NCBI GenBank assembly: GCA_964016885.1
Contig: OZ024746.1
Span: forward strand, 24,242,001-24,306,000
Direction: 5' to 3'
Source: Eledone cirrhosa
Lineage: Eukaryota
Length of the DNA: 64,000 nt
Part shown: one piece after another, positions 27,280 through 42,098 of the stretch
Position numbering within the stretch: position 1 is the stretch's first letter
Layout: each line of letters starts with the position of its first letter
Program-made: the position numbers and the translations under genes
The notes under the pieces: generated by a model
Database searches by the model: none
The model's input: only the letters and a program-made list of their open reading frames with translations
Told to the model about the DNA's origin: nothing

Positions 27280-27409
27280 GTTTATCCTAGGTTCAATCAG
27301 GGGAACCACAGTAAGTAAGGTACTCAATACATAGCAGAGTATAAATATACACACACACACAAATATGCATATATACATCCTGATGTATATATACATTTGG
27401 GATATCATT

Positions 27410-27440
<31 letters not shown>

Positions 27441-27442
<2 letters not shown>

Positions 27443-27773
27443 CATCATTTCATCATCATCATCATTTCATTTTACGTCCGCTTTTTCCGTGCTTGATTCT
27501 GGCTTGATTTCTACAGTTGGATGCCCTTCCTAACACCAACCTCATTTACAGTGAGTGCTGGGTGCTTTTTTGCCGTGGCACCTACACGTCCACTTTACAA
27601 TGGAATGATAAGGACCCCAGTCCCTATCATCTCATTTCTACAGATGAGTAAACTGGAGCAATGTGAAATAAAGTGTCTTGCTCAAGGAAACAACACATCA
27701 CCCAGTCTGAGAATTGAACTCACAACCTTTCGATTGCAAGGCCAATGCTCTAACCACTAAGCCATGTGCCTCC
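27441..27773 (-). mobile_element. SINE family A with internal tail deletion
   Basis: Inverted homologue of 26238-26586. Confidence 0.85.
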
Positions 27774-27774
27774 A

Positions 27775-27893
<119 letters not shown>

Positions 27894-28795
27894 GCAGATA
27901 TAAGGTCATCTTTAAAACACTTTTGATGGCGTATCATAACTTAAAATCCAGGAATGTGAGAAATCTGTTGTTGTTCTGTTGGCAAGAAATAATCCAAAGG
28001 TATAAAGATAAATGTGAATGTATTTGGCAAAAGGAAAAGAAAGATTATCAATGTTTTTAGTAAAGATTCTTTATCGAGATAGACAAGAGAAAGAATCTGA
28101 AAGAAATGCAATGATGTGTTGCTGTTGTTATAAAGGAGTCATAATGATGATAATGATGATATAATAATAGTAAATGAAGGAGGTAGGTAGATAGTTATTT
28201 GGTTTTCTGAATAGAGAAGTTCTGTTGTTGTTGTTGTTCTTGTTTAGCCCCAGGTCAGCCCTGTTTCTAGCAGATAGAAGGTCAATCAACCATATAGAGG
28301 TTCCCATATTGTCTCATGTAGTGAAGAGAGGCGGGGGTTATTGGTAGAAATCCTGGGCATGCACAAAAGAACAGCAAGCAGTAGATGAGTGTATGTGTGT
28401 TAGTGTGCATGTGGACTTAATAGTATGTATGTGTGAATATGTGAGCTAGAGGGCCAAGTAGCATGTATAAAACAAAATTCTATGGGGTCACTCTTTACTT
28501 GAGGCCCTTAGCGCATGTTTATCCTGCTTAATGGTTAATCCAAGGATGATATCTGTATGCAGTCAAATGTGTTGTAGAATTTAATATTTAAATTTTGAGA
28601 ATTTATAGCATTTAGATGTGATCATTTAGTCTTTATAGATGTAAAAGTGGTAGAGAAATGACTAAATAGTCTTTGTTTTCGATTATCTATTCACATCTAG
28701 ACACAGGCAAGTCTGTGTGGTTAAGACATTTGCTTTGCAACAACACGGTTTCAATCTTCATCCTACTGTGTGACAATTTTATCAAGTGTCTTCTA

Positions 28796-28993
28796 CAAGG
28801 GCCGGCTGAAATGTTCATAGGCTGACTATGAAGGAGTGATATTAGAGTTGTGAAATCTAGCATGCATTAATTTTAACTCTTCTAATTAATAACTGCATTA
28901 TGTCTTTCCAAGGACTATGTTGAAAAGTAAACATCATTCGGTCATTCCATGAAAGTATCTTGGTCAGCCTATGAACTTTTCAGCTGACCCTTG
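28796..28993. mobile_element. Mariner-type MITE, complete
   Basis: TA on both sides; ~31-bp TIRs caagggccggctgaaa..ggctgac / gtcagcc..cagctgacccttg. Confidence 0.8.
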
Positions 28994-29322
28994 TACTATA
29001 ACCTTTGAACAATGTTGTGTGTATATGTCCATAGCAACACCAGTTAAAGCAATGAGCAATAATTATCTCATGCATGAATAATCCACCAACAGCTAAACAG
29101 TTCAAAGAATGTCAGCGAGATATACTATACTTAAAAAATAAAGTGAGCTGACATCAGAAAAGGGCATCCAGCCATAAAAAAATTGCCTCAAAAGTATCAT
29201 CTAACACATATCAACATGCTAAAGGTGGAGATGATGATGATGATGATGGCAATGATGTATTATAGGAATAATAGATTGACCCCAATAGTTGGTTAATGAA
29301 GACAGCAAATTGTCAGATAGAA

Positions 29323-30537
29323 TCATCATCATCATCACCATTTTACATCCATTCCTCCACGCTAGCATGGGTTAGACGGGTTGTCTTGTTGTGGGCAGTG
29401 TCCGGTCGGCTGACCTTGTCTTGCTCATACGGGAACTGATTCTGGTTTGGCTTGATTTCTACAGCTGGATGCCCTTCCTAACACCAACCTCATTTACAGT
29501 GAGTGTTGGGTGCTTTTTTTCCGTGGTGCCTACACGTCCACTTTGCAGTGGGAGGGTGTGGGGGCATATTGTCTATATGCTTCAGCTTCGGCTTGTACCC
29601 ATGGGGGATCGGGTCTTCTGTGTTACTGTGTGACACCAGAGGGGTGTAATTGGGTAAGGTTGGCTTTTATCACCTCATCCCAGGTCTTCTTGGGTCTCCC
29701 CTCTCCACGGTTTCCATCAACTTCTAGTGCTCTGCACCTTTTTATGCAGCTGTCATCCTTCATACGCATCACATGTCCATGCCAACGCAACCGCCTCTCT
29801 TGCACACAGCATTTGATTCCTCTTATGCTCAGTTTCTCTCTCAATTCATTTATGCTTTGCCGTTCACGTATATTACAATAACACATCCATCGGAGCATGC
29901 AGGCTTCGTTTCTTTCTAATCTACGCAAGACTTCCACAGACAGCGCCCAGGTCTCACTACCATGTAACATTGCTGTTCGTATACACGCATCATATAGTCT
30001 GCCTTTCATTTTGAGGGAAAAGCCTTTTGCAGCTAGCAGTGGCAGTAGCTCCATGAACTTCTTCCATCCTGTTCTTACCTTAGTTATTGTACTTTCCGAA
30101 CACCCACCTCCGCTGCTAATTCGGTCACCTAGGTAGCAGAAGCTGTCTACTGTTTCTACAGAGCCCTCCCAGAGTTTGGTGGTACTTGTTTCCTGTGGCT
30201 GTTTGCTGCTTGCTGTCCCAGCACAGCTGCTAATGTGAAGCCTACATTCTTAATTAAGCTTCCTGAGATCCCGCTACATCTCTTGTGTAGCCATTGTTTG
30301 CATTTGGGGCAGAGAATGGAGTTCCTACCTACACCTTTCCTACATACTGAGCAAGGCCATTTCCCTGAGGGGATCTGGGTTCTGTTTTCTCGTCTATTTA
30401 CAAGGACCTTAGTCTTTGTCAGGTTGACTTTGAGACCCTTTCTTTCTAGTCCCTGCTTCCAAGTTTGGAATTTCTTCTCTAGTTCTACCATAGATTCAGC
30501 TATAAGTGTGAAGTCATCTGCATACAGGAGTTCCCAT
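29323..30537 (-). pseudogene. 5'-truncated RTE-clade LINE: RT C-terminal half, 3' region and (GAT)n tail
   Basis: WELLYADD, KVNLTKTKV, WPCSVCRKGVGRNSILCPKCKQWLHKRCSG, DSFCYLG, KGRLYDACIRTAMLHGSETW, RRLRWHGHVMR, GRPKKTW; frameshift between ORFs 30156-30491 and 29623-30054. Confidence 0.9.
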
Positions 30538-31106
30538 GTCAGACAGAATGTCTGATTGAATGTCTTGTGGTATTTGTTTTGATTCTCTGTGCTCTGAGTT
30601 CAAATCTCAGTGGTCAACTTTGCTTTACATCCTTTCAGGGTTGGTGTAAGAAGTAGCAGTACCATACAGGGGTCAATTCTTGTTTTATATCTCTTTCTCA
30701 TTTCTTCTCTTTCACTATTTTTCTCTCTTTCTCGGAAGGAATTTCGCTACAAAGAGAAATGGGCTCTGTTAGGTTTAAAATGCCCAAGACATGCCATATG
30801 TCACTACAGCACCCCTATGATTTCAACATTCATACATACATATATACTTAGCTAATACTTTGTTGATCTCCTGGAAGGGCAAAGTTCACCTTGGCACAAA
30901 TAAATGTGCTGTAACCATATACTGCTTGCAATTATATTGTACTGGCAACATCAACAATATCAGAATATATATATTTAGTTGTCATAATATGGTATCAACT
31001 GTCTTACAGTGAATGAATAATTTATTTTACAACTGCAAAGAAACAGTCAAGTCACATGCTTCTACTCTTATTATTAGTCATGAAACCACTCATTATATAT
31101 ACATTA

Positions 31107-31286
31107 TTGGCAGTATCGGTAGCGCGTCGAACAACATGCTTTGCAGCATAGTTACAGCCCTTTACGGTTTGAGTTCAAATCCCGCCGAGGTTAACTTTGC
31201 CTTTCATCCTTACGGGGTCGATAAAAGAAAGTACCAGTAATGCACTAGGATAATTGCTGGCCTTGTGCCAAAAGTAGAAACAATTA
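31107..31286 (+). mobile_element. SINE family B
   Basis: Homologous to 9268-9460. Confidence 0.85.
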
Positions 31287-31486
31287 TATATACATTTATC
31301 ATCATCACAATCATCATCGTCATTTTCCCCTGCCACCAAGGGTTGGATGGGTTGTCACAGACCAAGTCATTACTTTATCAGGCCTATTGTTCTCTTAGCA
31401 AGCCATATACTACATATCATGATTTCTACAACTGGATGTCCTTCCTATCACCAACATCTTTACAGAGTGCACTGGGAGCATTTCAT

Positions 31487-32020
31487 CATGGGCACTCCTG
31501 TATGCAGATGATCTTACATTCATAGCTGAACCTATGGCAGAATTAGAGAAGAAATTCCAAAGCTGAAAGCATGGCTTAGAAACAAAGAGTCTTAAAGTCA
31601 ACCTGACTAAGAACTGGGAAATCCTGTATGCAGATGACCTAATCCTCACAGATGAATCTGTTGTGGAACTAAGAGAAGAAATACCAGATTTGGAACTTGA
31701 AATCAGAATGCCTTAAAGTTAACTTAGCTTAGACTAAGGTCTTAGTAAGTAAGAAATACAACAGGGTCAATATTCTATCAGTGAAATGGCTATGCTCAAT
31801 ATGCAAAAAAAAAAAAAAAGGGGGGGGGGGGGGGGGTAGAAACTCCATAAATTGCACAAAATGTAAACTATGGGTACACAAGTGGTGTAGCGAGATATCT
31901 GGCAGGCTAACAAAGAATGTAAGCTATGTATGTGCCAGATACACAGGAAATGTTCACACAAGGAATAAAAAACACTCCAGCTACAGTGACAAACATACAA
32001 TCAATTTGGGGGAATGAGTT
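31487..32020 (+). pseudogene. Two tandem degenerate RTE RT fragments
   Basis: Each starts at W.LLYADDL (31487 and ~31614); the second continues to KWLCSIC..RNSINCTKCKLWVHKWCS. Confidence 0.8.
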
Positions 32021-33154
32021 AAAAAGTAAATCATAATATTCACTCAACCATTTTGCTTCTAATGGACATTTTAACAATATAATGGCCAAAAATCATTATC
32101 TACACAACAAACATTTCACCTAATTATCCAGAAATATACCATTCCATATCACTTTTTATAACAGAAAGCAATTTTCTCCATACAAGTTGTCATTTCTTAT
32201 CCATCTTGTTGAGTTCTCATGAGAGAATTACCAATAACTAATCATTAGTTTTCTTTTGTCAACACCTAATTTATAAATGGTGAACATGTCAAACTCTTGT
32301 TACTGCTCCTTATACCAAACTGGTTTCCTCGCAACTTTCTTAATAATATATATGTTTTTAATGAAAGTTTGCAGAAATATACTGTAATGTATAGTTTATT
32401 TTATGGTTATGTTGATGACATTTAAAAGAAAAATATTTTTTAGACCTTTTCATACCAAACCACATGAAACCGCCCCTAGTTCTTTCATACTAAGCTGTTT
32501 ACTTACATTTATGAAAAAAAACTTACATCCAAATTTAATGTAAGAACTTTTAAGTTATGTTCCAAACAGTACCTTGATAATGAGAAAGTTATATTATTAT
32601 TACTAAATCCCTAAATACTTGATTATTTTTTTTGATTATTTGAAAATCATAGTGGAAGCACACTATATAAACTATAGATCTAGTGGTATTACAGGTAAGA
32701 TCACCTCATGATTACAAAACAAACTTCTTAACCACTCAGCCATACCTGTGTCCAGATATAGAAGTACTCCATTTGTGTCTATCATCCGTGCTTTACAATG
32801 ATAAATCTAAGAGATTGCTGCTGCTGCTGCTGCATGTACATCCACTGGCAGCCATCAAGAAGAACAGATATTTTGATGAATGATTATTACATTTCGATGT
32901 ATGATGTGCCATATTGCATCATACTGCACTATACTGCAATCTTTCCCAGGTGTGTTGCATTAAGGTATGAACAAATCAAACACAAAACCTATTTAAATAT
33001 TCCAGCAAGCAGAAATTACCAATAAATGCAAGAAGATGATATATCATCGCTACCAATCCTACCTGACCGAACATGACAGCAATATCAATATTACAAATAT
33101 AGAAGACACCAGGCTTAGTGGTTAGGATGTTCTTCCCAGGAGAAGTGAAGATTT

Positions 33155-36100
33155 AGCTTTACAACAGACTGGTGTTCTGTCTAGAGAAGCTGAGGGTTGG
33201 CCTTACAACATACTGGTGTTCTGTCTAGAGGAGCTGAGGGTTGGCCTTACAACAGACTGGTGTTCTGTCTAGAGAAGCTGAGGGTTGGCCTTACAACAGA
33301 CTGGTGTTCTGTCTAGAGGAACTGAGGGTTGGCCTTACAACAGACTGGTGTTCTGTCTAGAGGAACTGAGGGTTGGCCTTACAACAGACTGGTGTTCTGT
33401 CTAGAGAAGCTGAGGGTTGGCCTTACAACAGACTGGTGTTCTGTCTAGAGGAGCTGAGGGTTGGCCTTACAACAGATTGGTGTTCTGTCTAGAGGAGCTG
33501 AGGGTTGGCCTTACAACAGACTGGTGTTTTGTCTAGAAGAGCTGAGGGTTGGCCTTACAACAGACTGGTGTTCTGTCTAGAGGAGCTGAGGGTTGGCCTT
33601 ACAACAGACTGGTGTTCTGTCTAGAGGAGCTGAGGGTTGGCCTTACAACAGATTGGTGTTCTGTCTAGAGGAGCTGAGGGTTGGCCTTACAACAGACTGG
33701 TGTTCTGTCTAGAGGAGCTGAGGGTTGGCCTTACAACAGACTGGTGTTCTGTCTAGAGGAACTGAGGGTTGGCCTTACAACATACTGGTGTTTTGTCTAG
33801 AGAAGCTGAGGGTTGGCCTTACAACAGACTGGTGTTTTGTCTAGAGGAGCTGAGGGTTGGCCTTACAACAGACTGGTGTTCTGTCTAGAGGAGCTGAGGG
33901 TTGGCCTTACAACAGACTGGTGTTCTGTCTAGAGGAACTGAGGGTTGGCCTTACAACAGACTGGTGTTCTGTCTAGAGGAGCTGAGGGTTGGCCTTACAA
34001 CAGACTGGTGTTCTGTCTAGAGACGCTGAGGGTTGGCCTTACAACAGACTGGTGTTCTGTCTAGAGGAACTGAGGGTTGGCCTTACAACATACTGGTGTT
34101 TTGTCTAGAGAAGCTGAGGGTTGGCCTTACAACAGACTGGTGTTCTGTCTAGAGGAGCTGAGGGTTGGCCTTACAACAGACTGGTGTTCTGTCTAGAGAA
34201 GCTGAGGGTTGGCCTTACAACAGACTGGTGTTCTGTCTAGAGGAGCTGAGGGTTGGCCTTACAACAGACTGGTGTTCTGTCTAGAGGAGCTGAGGGTTGG
34301 CCTTACAACAGATTGGTGTTCTGTCTAGAGGAGCTGAGGGTTGGCCTTACAACATACTGGTGTTCTGTCTAGAGGAGCTGAGGGTTGGCCTTACAACAGA
34401 CTGGTGTTCTGTCTAGAGGAACTGAGGGTTGGCCTTACAACAGACTGGTGTTCTGTCTAGAGGAGCTGAGGGTTGGCCTTACAACAGACTGGTGTTCTGT
34501 CTAGAGGAGCTGAGGGTTGGCCTTACAACAGACTGGTGTTCTGTCTAGAGGAACTGAGGGTTGGCCTTACAACATACTGGTGTTTTGTCTAGAGAAGCTG
34601 AGGGTTGGCCTTACAACAGACTGGTGTTTTGTCTAGAGGAGCTGAGGGTTGGCCTTACAACAGACTGGTGTTCTGTCTAGAGGAGCTGAGGGTTGGCCTT
34701 ACAACAGACTGGTGTTCTGTCTAGAGGAACTGAGGGTTGGCCTTACAACAGACTGGTGTTCTGTCTAGAGGAGCTGAGGGTTGGCCTTACAACAGACTGG
34801 TGTTTTGTCTAGAGAAGCTGAGGGTTGGCCTTACAACAGACTGGTGTTTTGTCTAGAGGAACTGAGGGTTGGCCTTACAACAGACTGGTGTTTTGTCTAG
34901 AGAAGCTGAGGGTTGGCCTTACAACAGACTGGTGTTTTGTCTAGAGGAACTGAGGGTTGGCCTTACAACAGACTGGTGTTGTGTCTAGAGGAGCTGAGGG
35001 TTGGCCTTACAACATACTGGTGTTCTGTCTAGAGGAACTGATGGTTGGCCTTACAACAGACTGGTGTTCTGTCTAGAGGAACTGAGGGTTGGCCTTACAA
35101 CATACTGGTGTTCTGTCTAGAGACGCTGAGGGTTGGCCTTACAACAGACTGGTGTTCTGTCTAGAGGAGCTGAGGGTTGGCCTTACAACATACTGGTGTT
35201 TTGTCTAGAGGAGCTGAGGGTTGGCCTTACAACAGACTGGTGTTCTGTCTAGAGAAGCTGAGGGTTGGCCTTACAACAGACTGGTGTTCTGTCTAGAGGA
35301 GCTGAGGGTTGGCCTTACAACAGACTGGTGTTCTGTCTAGAGGAGCTGAGGGTTGGCCTTACAACAGACTGGTGTTCTGTCTAGAGAAGCTGAGGGTTGG
35401 CCTTACAACAGACTGGTGTTCTGTCTAGAGGAACTGAGGGTTGGCCTTACAACAGACTGGTGTTCTGTCTAGAGAAGCTGAGGGTTGGCCTTACAACAGA
35501 CTGGTGTTCTGTCTAGAGAAGCTGAGGGTTGGCCTTACAACAGACTGGTGTTTTGTCTAGAGGAACTGAGGGTTGGCCTTACAACAGACTGGTGTTTTGT
35601 CTAGAGAAGCTGAGGGTTGGCCTTACAACAGACTGGTGTTTTGTCTAGAGGAACTGAGGGTTGGCCTTACAACAGACTGGTGTTGTGTCTAGAGGAGCTG
35701 AGGGTTGGCCTTACAACATACTGGTGTTCTGTCTAGAGGAACTGATGGTTGGCCTTACAACAGACTGGTGTTCTGTCTAGAGGAACTGAGGGTTGGCCTT
35801 ACAACATACTGGTGTTCTGTCTAGAGACGCTGAGGGTTGGCCTTACAACAGACTGGTGTTCTGTCTAGAGGAGCTGAGGGTTGGCCTTACAACATACTGG
35901 TGTTTTGTCTAGAGGAGCTGAGGGTTGGCCTTACAACAGACTGGTGTTCTGTCTAGAGAAGCTGAGGGTTGGCCTTACAACAGACTGGTGTTCTGTCTAG
36001 AGGAGCTGAGGGTTGGCCTTACAACAGACTGGTGTTCTGTCTAGAGGAGCTGAGGGTTGGCCTTACAACAGACTGGTGTTCTGTCTAGAGAAGCTGAGGG

Positions 36101-37320
36101 TTGGCCTTACAACAGACTGGTGTTCTGTCTAGAGGAACTGAGGGTTGGCCTTACAACAGACTGGTGTTCTGTCTAGAGAAGCTGAGGGTTGGCCTTACAA
36201 CAGACTGGTGTTCTGTCTAGAGAAGCTGAGGGTTGGCCTTACAACAGACTGGTGTTCTGTCTAGAGGAGCTGAGGGTTGGCCTTACAACAGATTGGTGTT
36301 CTGTCTAGAGGAACTGAGGGTTGGCCTTACAACAGACTGGTGTTCTGTCTAGAGGAACTGACGGTTGGCCTTACAACAGACTGGTGTTCTGTCTAGAGGA
36401 GCTGAGGGTTGGCCTTACAACAGATTGGTGTTCTGTCTAGAGGAACTGAGGGTTGGCCTTACAACAGACTGGTGTTCTGTCTAGAGGAACTGACGGTTGG
36501 CCTTACAACAGACTGGTGTTCTGTCTAGAGGAACTGAGGGTTGGCCTTACAACAGACTGGTGTTCTGTCTAGAGGAACTGAGGGTTGGCCTTACAACATA
36601 CTGGTGTTCTGTCTAGAGGAACTGAGGGTTGGCCTTACAACAGACTGGTGTTCTGTCTAGAGGAACTGAGGGTTGGCCTTACAACATACTGGTGTTCTGT
36701 CTAGAAGAGCTGAGGGTTGGCCTTACAACAGACTGGTGTTCTGTCTAGAGGAACTGAGGGTTGGCCTTACAACATACTGGTGTTCTGTCTAGAAGAGCTG
36801 AGGGTTGGCCTTACAACAGACTGGTATTCTGTCTAGAGGAACTGAGGGTTGGCCTTACAACATACTGGTGTTCTGTCTAGAGGAGCTGAGGGTTGGCCTT
36901 ACAACATACTGGTGTTCTGTCTAGAGGAACTGAGGGTTGGCCTTACAACATACTGGTGTTCTGTCTAGAAGAGCTGAGGGTTGGCCTTACAACAGACTGG
37001 TGTTCTGTCTAGAGATGCTGAGGGTTGGCCTTACAACAGACTGGTGTTCTGTCTAGAGGAACTGAGGGTTGGCCTTACAACATACTGGTGTTTTGTCCAG
37101 GAGGGATGAGGGTTGTCTTTACTACAAGGTGGTGTTTTGTCCAAGAAGAGAGAGTTTAGCTTTACAATGGATTAGTGTTCTGTCTATGAGAGTTGAAATT
37201 CACCTTACAACAGACTGGTGTTCTGTCCAGGGAAGTTGGGGTTGGTCTTATGACAAACTAGTGTTCTGTCCAGGATAGTTAAGGGTTAGCCTTATGTCAG
37301 ACTAGTCTTCCATCTATGGA
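33155..37320. repeat. 44-bp satellite array (~90 copies, degenerate ends)
   Basis: Unit ttggccttacaacagactggtgttctgtctagaggagctgaggg; register checked (33241 to 33901 = 15x44). Confidence 0.97.
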
Positions 37321-39565
37321 GTAGACATGTACTCTTAGTAATACTCAAACAACTAGGATAAATGCCATATTTTACCCAACCCATGCAAAACAGGAAAAGC
37401 AAATACAAAACAATAACTGTAGCTCTATTGCATGTTCTCTTTCAGATGATAGGGATTCATTCAAAGGAGAATTGACTACTATTGTTAGCAGATCTAGTGA
37501 CCACATAGAAGCTCTTCAGTTGGTTTATGCTGATATCACTGTTGGCTATGTCAACCATAGAGTACAGAGCTAACAATTCTATATATGAAGTCTATTAGTT
37601 AAAATTTTAGAGTAAGGAAACTGTGTTAAGATTTTTAGAAAGGAATGAAGATCACAGCTTACCACTTGTATTCTCCATGCCCCAGCAGCAGCATCCCTAA
37701 TACCCACCTCTAATAACTTTAAAACCATATTCCTCCATAATGAATCAATATTATTATTTCAGTTGAGACAGAAGTAACATGTCTAACACTATATTGAAAT
37801 TGCATATCACATTCACTGATTAGTTTCTGCTGACACTTCATCAATATATCTGGCATACCCACACACACACACACACATACATACATACACACCACATACT
37901 CACCGCACATGCACACACATACACACACATGTACGCACACATACATACATATACATATATGTGCACATACAAACACACACACATGCACACACAAAAAATA
38001 TATACACTACACATGCACACACACACCATATACATACACATGTAAACATATATGCACACACCACACCATGCACACACATACACACAAATACATAAACACA
38101 CTACACACATATACATAAATACATACACATACACACACACAATATTACATTAATCAATGTAATCCAACTGTAACTATCACTGATTTCCATTCAATAATAT
38201 AGTAACCAAGATACCATCTATTGTCACACACACACCATACACACACACACACACATATATATCATATATAATGTACACACACACACATCACACACACATC
38301 ACACATACATCACACATACACACATATATATCATATAATGTACATACACACATCACACACATATATATATATATATACAATGTACACACATACACACACA
38401 TCACACACACACATCACATACACCTCACACACACACACACATCACACATCACACACACATCACACACACATTTTTACTCATACACACCACACATATGCAC
38501 ACCATATACATATCAACACACACACACCATACACACACACATATATACACAACACACATATATATACACATCACACACACATACAACATGCAGGCAACAC
38601 TGTACACATATATACACATACACGCCATACATACACATACTTATAACACACATATTTACACAGATATTGCCATAATAATCATTGCACAAAGAGATTCCAT
38701 CTCCTCTAAAATAAACTGTGTTGCCTTAATATTTACATTTTTTTAGTTTTGTTTTTGTAGATATTCAATGTATGTTTGATAGATATGTAAATTCATACAT
38801 GAGATCTTTTGAGCAGATAAATATTTTATGTTGTATTTTTGTTACCTTTTAGATAGTCATGATTAAATTGTGATGTGAGCTTCTGACAGTGAAAGGAAAT
38901 ACAATATGAAGGTGCTCAAAATAATAACTGATCAAACAGTTTAATAACCTAGCTCTTACACACACACATGCATGCATGCGCACACACATGCATGCATGCA
39001 CACATGCATGCATGCACGCACGCATGCATGCATATACATATGCATACATACAAATACAGATACACATACATACATACATACATGCATACATACACAGACA
39101 CACACACATGTACATACATACAGAAACACACACACACACATACAGACATATATGCACACATATACATAGACACATATACGCACACATATACATACAGACA
39201 CACGCATACACACAGATAAGGTGCTCAGCTATTTGAGAACAAAATTCTAATTTAAGGAAAAAAAAAAAAACTAATAGAAAAAAAACAATATATTGTTATA
39301 GAATTTGGCACACATTTTCACACAGCAAAAAGCTATTCAATAAAACTGCCATCAGCCTCCATTCAACTTCTGAAATGACTACAGGTGTTTTTCAGGTGAT
39401 CTTTATCATATTGACCATAACAATCCATATAACAGACATTAACTAGGCCACATGCCTTCACACTTTAATTGTGTCTCAATAATGATCAGTCATTGCTCCT
39501 AAACTATCTGCAGCAAACATTATATCTTAATCTGCTAAACCATTAAAAAACCTTTACTATCATCA

Positions 39566-39600
<35 letters not shown>

Positions 39601-40725
39601 CAACACATACATACCATACAGAGACCTGTTTAGAGCTGTCTTGTAATCTCTGAGACAAACGGTGAGAGGATAAGAGGAACCAAGATAAATCAATAGTAGG
39701 GCAATAATGACATCATTGGTAGAATCATTTCTACATAATAGTAGAGCTGTAGTGAGAACCGGCGTCTATTAGTCTGACAGTGGTGAATGGAGGCAATGTC
39801 TTCTGACAAAGATCACATCTTTTGATAGCTTTAATGATACCTTTGTCTCTACTAGGCTATCTTTCTACCCATCTCCCCTCTTCCACTTCATATATCTTCC
39901 CCCTCTTTCAATATCTCTCTCCCTCTCTATATCTCCCTCCCTTTATATCACAACCTCTATCTCTCTCGCTCCTTTTATCTATCTCCTCTATCTCTCACTA
40001 TCTCTATATATCTCTTCTGCCTTTCCTTTCCTCTGTCTCTCAAACGATATCTTCTATCCTTTTATATCTCACATTCTCTCCCCCACTCTAGTTCATATCT
40101 CCCTCCACTTGTTCCCTCTTACCCAGAAATAATTAGCTCATTGGTAAGCAGACTAATTGGAAGCAGTGCTAGAATGATGCATCATCTCCCAGGTTGTGTC
40201 GACAATGATTGCTAGCAACACTAGCTAGAAACAAGAGGTGAGAGTGTCATATATTACACACAAACACATGTGAGTATCCAATTGACAGGTATGATGTCAT
40301 TGGACTAGATGCCACGTGCTGTCTCTTCTGGCTCTTTACAACCTGAGTTCAAATCCTACCTACAATTTCTGCCTTAACCCTTTTGATATCAACCTGGCTA
40401 AAACCAACTTTGGCTTTATGAAAGAAAGCCATTTTTTGTTATCATCATCATTCTCATCATTTTACATCTGCTTTCCATACTGTTGTATATGGGTGTGTGT
40501 TGAAATATGTGTGTATATAATACAAATATAGTCAAAAGGTGAAGATGATCTATGTGTGTGTGTATATATATATGGGTAGGAATTGTTAGAATGATACCAA
40601 GTTGGAGAATGGAGATGTTTGAAACTACTATTTACATACATATATAAGAAAATTCAACAAGAAAAACATATGAGAACAATACAATGATATTTATTAAGTT
40701 AACATGTAATACAGTAAGAAAAAGG

Positions 40726-40761
40726 TCTTAATGTTTTGGACATTAATCCTTCATCAGAAAG
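40726..40761 (-). ncRNA. Degenerate minimal hammerhead motif
   Basis: Minus strand cttt-CTGATGA-aggattaatgtcc-aaaa-catt-aaga; GAAA decayed; same family as 4789-4824. Confidence 0.4.
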
Positions 40762-41442
40762 TAGAAATAGAGAGAGAGAGAGAGAAATATATATATTAAG
40801 TAGCAAAGGTGAGCTATATAGGGATATCTATGAATTAACACCAGTCTATTTTTAATATATGATGATCACCATCGTAGTCAACATCATATACCAGTAATAC
40901 ACTGGCATTCATTCATAGATTTCCACATATAGCTGACCTTTTCTGTTCTATCTGCAATTAGTCATAGCTGACTCAACACAATGCAAGTGACATCCATATA
41001 AGGAGTTAAGCAACACCGAAATAAATTTTAATAAAGCCAAATATATATGCATACATACATTTATGTGAGTGTGTGTGTGTATGTGTGTGAATGTATGTGT
41101 TTGTGTCTGTGCATATGTGTGTCTCTGTCTGTGTGTGTCTGTGTGTGTATGTGTGTCTGTGTCTGTATGTGTATGATACAAAATCAATAGTGAAAGATTT
41201 CATATATTGATTTCAAGCTGGCTGGTGATAGATCTATCAAGTGGTTCTGGTTGTTGACTTCACATTGAGATATTGCTGACATTCAGGCAGCTTGTATTGG
41301 TGACACGAAGGGGCGGGTGGGGTGTGGTAGGGGGGGGGGGGCATGGTAGGAGGGGAGTGGTAAATGTCTGCAGTGATGCTAAGTGGGGGAGGGGTTTGTG
41401 GTGGTGTATTGGAAAAAGAGGCACAGTAAAATAAATAAATTA

Positions 41443-41553
<111 letters not shown>

Positions 41554-41796
41554 ACAAACTATTTGGAGAGAGTGCATATATACACAAGATAGACAAAATA
41601 GATATAGTTGAAAATGAGAAGTGAGAGAGAAAAGGTGATTATATATATATATAATTACACCTCTCCAAGACAATGTCACTGGACCGTGACCTTTGGCGGT
41701 ACTCAGTAACAGAGAAGACCCGCCTTGCCAGTAGGCATCTCTAACAAACTACACCCCATCCCGCCACCACCCCCACCCCATCCACACCACCCCGTT

Positions 41797-42098
41797 CTAT
41801 GTAAAGTTATGTTGGTGCCGCGCCATCCAGGCCGAAACAAATGAGATCGTGTAGGTGTCACGACAAAAAAACACACAGTCCACGCTGTAATGTGGCCGTG
41901 TAGGCAACACGGTAAAAACCTCCCAGACCCACACTGTAAATGTGGTTGGTGTTAGGAAGGGCATCCAACTGTAGAAAACCTGCCAGACAGTCCTATGCGA
42001 GCAAGACAATCACTCTTGCCTCAAGTGGGACTACCCCCGTCCAAACCCATGCAAGCGTGGAACACGGACGTTAAACGTTGATGATGATGATGATGATG

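Noticed and set aside
33155-37320. CRISPR-like or coding repeat array
   Set aside because: No unique spacers, the 44-bp unit is not a multiple of 3, stop codons are present, and the context is eukaryotic with no cas genes.
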